A stretch of 64,000 nt of DNA from Vicugna vicugna (Eukaryota), in contig MU062841.1 of NCBI GenBank assembly GCA_013265495.1, positions 15,123,200-15,187,199 on the forward strand, written 5' to 3'. This document shows, in pieces, positions 43,731-64,000 of the stretch (position 1 is its first letter; every line of letters starts with the position of its first letter). The position numbers were made by a program, and so were the translations under genes. The notes under the pieces are model-generated. The model worked only from the letters and a program-made list of their open reading frames with translations, ran no database searches and was not told the origin of the DNA.

Positions 43731-45189
43731 ATCATCTAAGAACAGAGCTCCTAGAGAGCAGGCTGGCCCGAATGCTTCATCCCGCATATTACGATGCGCA
43801 CTTTGAAATGGATACTGGCTGGGAGATTCAGAGGCATAGGTGGCAAATTGATGTCAGAGCGAGAAACACAATCATGGGCACCAGGTGGCATCCTTGTTGG
43901 GTTAGTATGTGTGGTGAGACTGGCATCAGAGCAAAACTGGTGCAGAGAGCCCTGGCTGGTTGAAGATTGGCTTATGCAGATGCGGGCTCATAGGCCAGGC
44001 TGATTTACTAGAGCAGAGTGATTTGGGCCTTTTGTGAAAGACGGAATGGGTGGAGTGAAGCGTGAATCTGTCCCAGCACAGTCTGCCAGCAGTCTGATGT
44101 GCTGGGCATTTCTTCTTATGTGACTTTCACCCCCTGGTTTATGAAGAGTGACCAGAGAATTGTGTCTGACATAAATGAAACTGGAGATTCAGAGAACCAG
44201 GAGCCACCTGAGATGAGAAACGAAAGGCAGGAGTTAGGGTCACCTGGAGCTGAGCTGAGCCAGGACCTGCGCCATCCTGCCGGCCGGGCACCCAGGCCTC
44301 TGACGGTGTCCCCTTTCTCACAGAGGAGACATGGCTCTGAGGAAGATCCTGCAGCAGGGGCGCGGGCTCAAGGATAAGGCTCCCTGGCACGGCATTTGCC
44401 GCCATCAGTGGATATACCCGGCTTCCGCTGCGGGCTGGAGGTTGGCTCTGCATGTCTGTGCCTTCCCGGAGGAGGATGCAGTAGTGAGTCAGACTGGCAC
44501 CAGCTGAGCCGTGTGCTGGCGGGCACCATCCAGACAGCCAGCCTGAGCCAGGGAGCTCTTCCCAGAGCCCCGTCCTGAGAAGCCAGGGCTGAGGCTGCTG
44601 TCCTGGGGCTGGGAGGGGGTAGTCCAGAGGGTGGGCGGGCTGCTTGTGCTCAGAAGACGCTCGTGGAGGACCTTGGAGACAGGCAGGAGAATCCTGACCC
44701 TCCCCCACCATGGAGGCTCCAGGGCAGAGCCTGAGAGGAGAGAGGCCAGTTGGTGACCTGGGCCAGAGACATGAGGTCTCTGGTCTGGAAGAGGGTTTTA
44801 AGGACATGCTGAGATCCTGTCTGAGTCTGGACAAACTGGCTGACAAGCCAGCTTTTTTATGATCGCTGGTGTGTAAATCCACTTAGTGCTGAACAAAATT
44901 TCATGTTATTTTTGTATTTAGTAGCCTGGGTAGCAAAAGAGCAGGGCTTGTAGACCTCAGGTTTAATTTGAGGTTTTAAAATAGGGTTAGTATTTGATCA
45001 TTGTAAATTGTATCTGCTGATGGCATCTCCTGTCCTTGAGACAGCCCTTCCGTACCAGAACATCCTTGCCACAAAATTTTGCTGTGACGGCTACAGACAG
45101 ACTAAGCAGGAAAAAGGTTTTGCTGGATTTGCACATGTAACTAGCTGGTTTTTGTCAAAGAATTGTCCTATGGACCATATTAACGTTGT

Positions 45190-45283
45190 TTTGGGTTTTT
45201 CATTTTTTTTTAATGGAAGTACTGAACCCAGGACCTCATGCATGCTAAGCATGCACTCTACCACTGAGTTATTACCCCTCCTC
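45190..45283 (-). mobile_element. Camelid Vic-1-like SINE with an internal B-box deletion
   Basis: ggaagtactgaacccaggacctcatgcatgctaagcatgcactctaccactgagttattacccctcc. Confidence 0.85.
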
Positions 45284-46000
45284 AAAGTTGACCTCCTTAA
45301 GTCAGTGAAACTATCCTGCAGTGCATTTGTGATCTGGGGTCTGAGATGCATCACCCCCGCCCCCCACCACGTTTAAACAGCGTTCCTGAAGTGCACAGAG
45401 TAGCGGCTGAATAATGGAGCTGGGGGTATCATTTGTTTTAATCCAACACTTTTACCAGGATGCTTGTAACTACATCATTTATGGAAGAGGCACATTTGTA
45501 ATTTTTCATATTATGAAAGTATTTCATATCAGTAAATTTTTTAGTAAAGAAAAAAAATTGCTATTTGCTGTAATCCTACCACCCAGATACCTTGCTGATA
45601 ATATTTTGGTAGATGTCCTTCCGGGTCATTTATGTGTGTTTCATTAGTGTCCCTTTCCCCACCCTTCACCCCCCCTAAAAAGGCAGGGGATGAGGCTCTT
45701 GTACCGAATAGTGAAATGTTAGTAAACCAAGGCTTAAGGAGACTTTAGAGGGAGGCAGTCTTTGGGGTATTAGGGGAGGGGATAAAGCATCACAGAGGAG
45801 CCAGTAAGAAGTCAGTTTTACCTGCGAATTTTCTGTTACCAGTTTCTTGGTACTTTCTTGGGAATCTTCTGTGTTTCACTTTGTAACATAGCTGGGTCCC
45901 TGGGAGCAGCTACTACCTGGATGCCTGGTCACTAAGGTAATTTCTCCACTACCCAAAAGAGCTTTAGTTGCACTCGGCTTTTACCTCAATCCTTGTACAG

Positions 46001-46117
46001 CTCTGCAGGGCCAACCTTTCTCAGTTCCGAGCAGTCTTTGCACGTGGGGCCACGGAGCCACCCTGCACCAAAAAAAGAGCATTATGTCACCGGAAACCCA
46101 AGTCCAGAGAACACAAG
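46001..46117 (+). other. PKM: Alternative upstream PKM exon (117 nt, phase 2-2)
   Basis: Acceptor ccttgtacag|, donor AAG|GTATGA; translates SAGPTFLSSEQSLHVGPRSHPAPKKEHYVTGNPSPENT, similar to the remembered N-terminal extension of the long human PKM isoform (SPGHTVFSSERSLLVRPRSHPEPKGEHYVTGSPTPENQR). Confidence 0.65.
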
Positions 46118-48276
46118 GTATGACCCAATAATCAGTGGCCCCAGCCAGGTCTTTGCAAGGAGACCCTGATGCCTCAGATTTAGAGATGATGATTTTTAAG
46201 AGTCAGGCTAGCTACTTTAAGCCACTCACGGAGATGGCGATATGGTGCTGGGATGGATAGCCCCCTCCCCTCGGAGGCCACAGCGAGGCCTGTGTGTTCG
46301 TTGGCTTGGGGTGCCACCTGGTACCGTCTCTCCAGTAATGTCCCCTTGACAGCCAGGTCCACCTAAGCCCAGGTCCTCTGGAGCTAGGTAAGCCCTGCCT
46401 CAGCCATGAGTGCGGGTAAAGGCTGTCCGTCCGTATTTCAGAGGTTCCTCAGACGTGGGGGGCTGTGGCGGGGGCAGAGGTGTAACTCTGGCTTTTGACC
46501 AAGAGGCACGAAGATGCTCTGCGAGGTCACTCAGCGAGCTCTGGAGCATCTCCAAGTGCTGGGAGCTGGGGGTGCGAGCACAAGCGTGTTGCGGAGGGGA
46601 GGCTGTGTCGATGCTTTCGTTTTGGTACCTGGTGCGTTTTAGGGAGTTCGGAAGTTCACACAGAGAGGACTAGCCCGTAGACCACGTGGAAGAGTCGGCC
46701 AGTATCTTGTTTTCTCATTTTTAAAGTTTCAGATTCTGTAGTTGGGGACTCGTGTCCATCGTTTTTCAGTAGCTTACGGGAGAGCCACTCACGACTGGTC
46801 ACAAAGCTGCTTGGGCTTCCCAGGCTCTGAGAAGGCGGCAGAGATGGGTTTAGATGCATGCTCTGCTCAAGCCACCCGGAGAGCCACAAAGTTGGTGGAG
46901 GAGGAGAAAGAGTAAGGGTTGTATGTTTGGGTGCCTTGATTTGGAGCCCTGAGACTTAGGAGGAGGTAGGACAGGGTGAAAGAGGAGCTTGTCCCTGAGC
47001 CTGGGTGAAGCGCTTGGGCACAAGGATTTCAGAAGGAATAGCTCTTGGGCTGAGCCTTGAGGACAGGGTCAGTCTTCTGACGAGGCTTCTCAGGCTTCTG
47101 GCTCCCTTACTTGATGGTTCTTCAAGTTCTGCCCAGAAGCTTCTCAAGTCTCTGTCTCTAATCAGCTAACTAACCGCCTGAGTGAGTTTAGTTGTAGGTC
47201 AGTAATGAAGAAAAGCAAAGCAAAGGTCGGGGCAGTTGTCAGGACTGCGACCTGGGCTGATTAATTACCTGGAACAGATGGTCTTTGTCACTGGGGTTGG
47301 TGTACTTGTCAGACTTAGAAAGGAGATCGGGAGGGTGCATCAGAAGATCAGCTGGGGGAAGGATTTGACAAGCAGCCTTAATCTCCTCGTGTTGCAACTG
47401 TCCTGTTAATGTAATTGTATTAAGTTTAGAACCAGACTAGTGCCATGGTGGTTATCCTTGTTTTGATGCAAATTGTTTTGCACTTCCTAAAGCCCTTCTG
47501 CCCCAAAGCACCAGATGTGGTTTTAGGTACAGGTTCCTGGGACAAGAGGTTTTGCACTCAAGAGTTCTGTCCAGGGACTGGTTTTTATTGCCTGTCAGTG
47601 GACTGGCACCTCCTCTCTGGCCCAGGGTGAGTTGATGAGTCACCTTGTGTGGTCCTGTGGCTTAAGGAAAACTTAGAGCTGCAGAGCTGGGAGGACTGGC
47701 TTGATGGTGGTTGTCCCCAGGCCCAGGACAGTCACTTTGGGTTTGGGTGGGGATTGGTAGGCAGCGGTGGGGGGGGCACCCCACAGTAGATGTTTGTAGC
47801 TTTGAGACAGCTTTTCATACAAAGATCTAGACTGGCCAGAGTGCTAAAGTGGGGTGAGTTGTTTATAGCACTGGAAGATTGGTTGCAACTCCTTTTGAGG
47901 AGGCTCCTTCAGTGCGTGTAAGATGATGTTGAGAGGATTAGCCAGAAAGCTGTCGAGGTAGATGTCAGCCCAGTGTAAAGGAGGTCTGCTTACCCTGGAT
48001 GTCTGGGAAGCACATGCATTGGCTACGAGGTTTTAAATTGTTGTTTAAGGTCTGTTCCGCTTGCTCACAGTGATGGGGGCCTGTTGCCCGACTTGAGGCT
48101 CACCTGCATAGCCGGAGTGTGGCAGGGCTCCCCATGGCTTGGGCGCAAAGCATGCTTGTTGAGCTAATGTGTGAGCAGGAAGCAGCTCCCTGTGCCAAGC
48201 TGTGTATTAACCACCCCAGACCTCTCAGACTGATCACCCTTTCTTCAGTTCCCCTGGACCCAAGACCTCAGAAGCC

Positions 48277-61066
<12,790 letters not shown>

Positions 61067-61683
61067 TGGGCCCGGAGCCCCTCCTCCAGCCCCTGACCCG
61101 CCCGCCTTCCCCAACCCATCCATTAGGCCAGCAACGCTTGTAGTGCTCACTGGGGCTGTAACGTGGCACTGGTGGGCTGGGGTGCCAGGGAAGACAATGC
61201 TCTGTGAAACATGGCTGTTTGGAAGACCCTGTTTCAGTGCGGTAGTTCAGAGCTGGGCCACCCATCATCACGTGGCCCTGTCCGAGCAAGGGACGAAGGA
61301 GGGCTGCAGGCAGGACTGGAGGCCCCAGAGCTTCACACACAGGGCAGCAGTTCTGCTTCTTTTCCTTTGTGTACTCGATTTGGTTCTTGTAGAAAACGGG
61401 TACCCAGAGAACTCCCAGCCCTGGCCTGGGATCAGGAGAGAGTCAGCAGAGAGTTAGGGCAGGGGGCAGTGGTTCCAGTTTCTGCAGACTCTGGCTCCAG
61501 CCCTGGCCCTTACTTGCTTCTCCAACCCACTCAGCCTCTCTCACTCCCACCGTGTTCATTGTGCACGTCTGTTCCTTCACTCCATCGGCTGTGGCTGCAG
61601 ACAGACACTCCATCCCCCTCTTCCTTCTCCCCCACTTCTGCAGCCGCCTCCAGGCCTGTTGCTATAGAGCCTACCTGTATGTC

Positions 61684-61689
61684 AATAAA
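61684..61689 (+). terminator. PKM: PKM polyadenylation signal AATAAA
   Basis: About 620 nt after the stop; followed by the U/GU-rich element tgtttcctgtcttttct. Confidence 0.85.
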
Positions 61690-62559
61690 CAGCAGCTGAA
61701 GCACCTGTTTCCTGTCTTTTCTGATGGGGGGATGGGGGGGTTGAACCCTGCCCTCTGAGTGGCATGAGAATGGCAAGAGCCTGGTGGCTCCTGGTGAGTA
61801 CTCCTGTGCAGTAACTCTGGCCACGTGTGCCATCCCAGGTGCAGAGGTGCTGGGGAAGCAGCCACTGACTATCTTGAGGATATAGGTTACCCCTGTCAGT
61901 GCCCCAAGGTTTAAAGACTTTTGCGGCTGGGGAAACTTAAAACAGTTTACTTGGACCAAAGATAGGAGCGGGCAGCAGCAAGGGCCTCTCCCTTCCGCTT
62001 TGGTGGGTAAACCAGGAGTGCAGGCCCTTGCCCTGCCCCTCCCCCCAAGTCTTGCAGTAAAGGCTGCCGATCTCGATGGGTGAGAGTAGGTTCTACTCCC
62101 AGTTTCCAGAATATTTGGGGGAACCTTGGGCTCGCTTTGGGCCCCTCCTGTTTTGCAGTACCCTCCATGATAAAGCAGGGCCAAGGAAGTGAGAAGACTG
62201 GGAATGGAACTGAACCTGGCTGGTTGGCACCTTCACCCTCCTGACCACTCCCAAGGACCAAACCCCGGTGGGGATGATAGGGGAGGGGCCCACAAGCCAA
62301 ATTCATCCGACCTGCCTGTGCATCCATCCCCACTCTTGATTTCTGGCCACCTTCAGTCCCTTTCCAGACATCTCCAGAAACTTTTTACCTAGGGAGACAC
62401 TGAAGTCCGGAACTCTGGGAAAAGCACATGAAGTCATTCCAGCTCCCGAGCTGTCTGATATCCAGCTCTCCTGTTCAAAATCCCCTGTGGTGTTCCCTAC
62501 TCATATCACTTCTCTGGTGTGGAGTGAAATTGAAACTACCCTGGAGCTTGGCGTTGGGA

Positions 62560-63560
62560 GGTTTTATAGGAAGGTGAGACTTGATGGCTGCAGAGGGCAC
62601 CGGGCTCGAGGCGGAAGAGGAAGAACCTGGAGCAGGCACCCAGGCCCTCGCTGTGAGCAGCCAGGGCGCAGACCCTGGCCTCCGGGACTTCCCGGTGCCA
62701 AGGACCGAGCGGTAGGATCTGAGCGGAGCGTGGGCCCCACCTGGATCTGGAGAGAGGGAGGAGCGGCCAATGGGCTGGGCCCGTCCCGCGCGACCAGCCA
62801 ATGGGAGCTCGGGGGCGGGTCCTCCGGGGCAGGCGCTCCGTCCCGCCGCGCGGTCCCCGGCGCTCGCTGGAGACTGTGCGATGACCGCTTTGAGCCGGGG
62901 CGAGGCCGCCGAGGCGAGCAGGTAAGGGGCCGCGGCCCGCGGCCCGGCCTCGGGGGCCCGCAGCCGCCCCGGAGGGACGCCGCCCAGAGGGACCGGCGGC
63001 TGCGGGGCCCGCTGAGCCGCGGCGCCTTCTGCCCGTGGGGCAGGCACTTCTCGGGCGCCGGATGCGGGCCCGGGCTCCTCCCGGGCTGCCGGGCGTCCTC
63101 GCGGGGGAGGGGTGTCCGGCCGTCTGCGTTCCGGGCGAGGGGTCAGCACCTGGGAGCGGAGGGGCGGCCGGGCGGCATCAGGGAGGTGGAGGACACCCTC
63201 CTTGGGCGCCCCCTGCGGTCCACTAGCACCTCGCCCTCCTCCGGCGCTGTCGCTGGCCATCCATTCATTCATCTCCCAGCCTTATCGACCCCCAGTTCTG
63301 ACTGTCCCCCGCCCAAGGGCAGCGCTTCCCTTCTGACCCCGCGAAGGGTCAGCCTCTCTCCTCTCGTAGCCGGGTCTGCAGAGGTAGCGGCGCTTGGCTG
63401 CCCGGGAGGCAGCGCGGAGCTGTCCCGGCACGACTCGGCCGCGCCCGGGAGTCAGGCCCGTCCCCGTCGGGCGGGCTGGGGCCGGTCTCAACCTCGAGAT
63501 CTGTTCCACTGTCACCCTCGGAGAAAGGGAAGTTCTTGCAGCTGGGGAAAGGGGCAGGGA
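62560..63560 (+). promoter_or_regulatory. GRAMD2A: CpG island / GRAMD2A promoter
   Basis: CpG-dense; CCAAT boxes at 62767-62771 and 62798-62802; GC box ggggcggg near 62812. Confidence 0.8.
62881..62921 (+). CDS. GRAMD2A: GRAM domain-containing 2A, first coding exon MTALSRGEAAEAS(R)
   Basis: ATG followed by 13 codons + 2 nt, then donor CAG|GTAAGG; resembles remembered human MTALSRSEATEEG; expected neighbour downstream of PKM. Confidence 0.8.
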
Positions 63561-64000
63561 GGCAGGGCAGGCGGGAGGCGGCGTTTCAGGTGACACCAAG
63601 AATTGTGACCGCTGCCCCTTGAGGTCTTGGGGCCCTGGGGTAGGATTATTTGGGGAAGACAGAGCCAGTGGATGAAGCTCTAATTTCCTGCCCTTGCCGA
63701 GGTCCCAAAACCCGCAGCCTGAGCTCTGAAGGGCAGCCTGGCCTCCCTGGCCATGGAGCACCGGGACAGATGGCGTGAATGTGGTGTGAGCCCAGCGCCG
63801 AATCCACACAGGTACAGGAGCTGGCAGAATGCTTAAGGGCTCCTTCTGTCCTGTCCTCGAAGAGGCTGGTCGGGCTCTGCCTAGCTGGCATTTGCCCTTC
63901 TTTGCTTTGCTTGCCCCGCCCATCCTGGCAGGAACCAGGCTCCTAGGGAATGAGAGAACGCTCTGACAATCCGTGATGCCTTTGCCCCAGGTGGACTTCT

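Noticed and set aside
62475-63923. 265-368 aa ORFs over the GRAMD2A island
   Set aside because: CpG-island artefacts; the real coding part is the 41-nt exon at 62881.

Overview
Mammalian genomic DNA, most likely a camelid, judged from six copies of a Vic-1-like tRNA-derived SINE. Three genes lie in tandem on the + strand, each with its own CpG-island promoter: PARP6 (about 6.3-31.4 kb), PKM (about 37.7-61.7 kb) and the first coding exon of GRAMD2A (62881-62921). This is the human HEXA-CELF6-PARP6-PKM-GRAMD2A synteny as I recall it. All visible coding exons were reconstructed by hand with splice sites and phases. PKM (M2 path) sums to 1596 nt, i.e. 531 aa. Visible PARP6 exons plus the remembered human segments missing in N-runs sum to 1893 nt, i.e. 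630 aa. Five of the seven large N-runs sit where expected coding sequence should be, including the PKM1-specific exon 9. Best leads: (1) the PKM2 exon 10 reads Arg at the Cys424 tetramer-interface position; (2) several frame-compatible upstream exons could give N-terminally extended PKM, one with a basic, acid-free, presequence-like leader; (3) PARP6 catalytic-domain introns hold a cluster of candidate poison exons and an in-frame 27-nt microexon; (4) one PARP6 exon is CpG-saturated and carries two Ile->Val changes; (5) an LTR-like 3' end appears to have been retroposed by L1. Comparisons with human proteins are from memory and need alignment. No prokaryotic-type system (CRISPR, operon, rRNA, true tRNA) is present.
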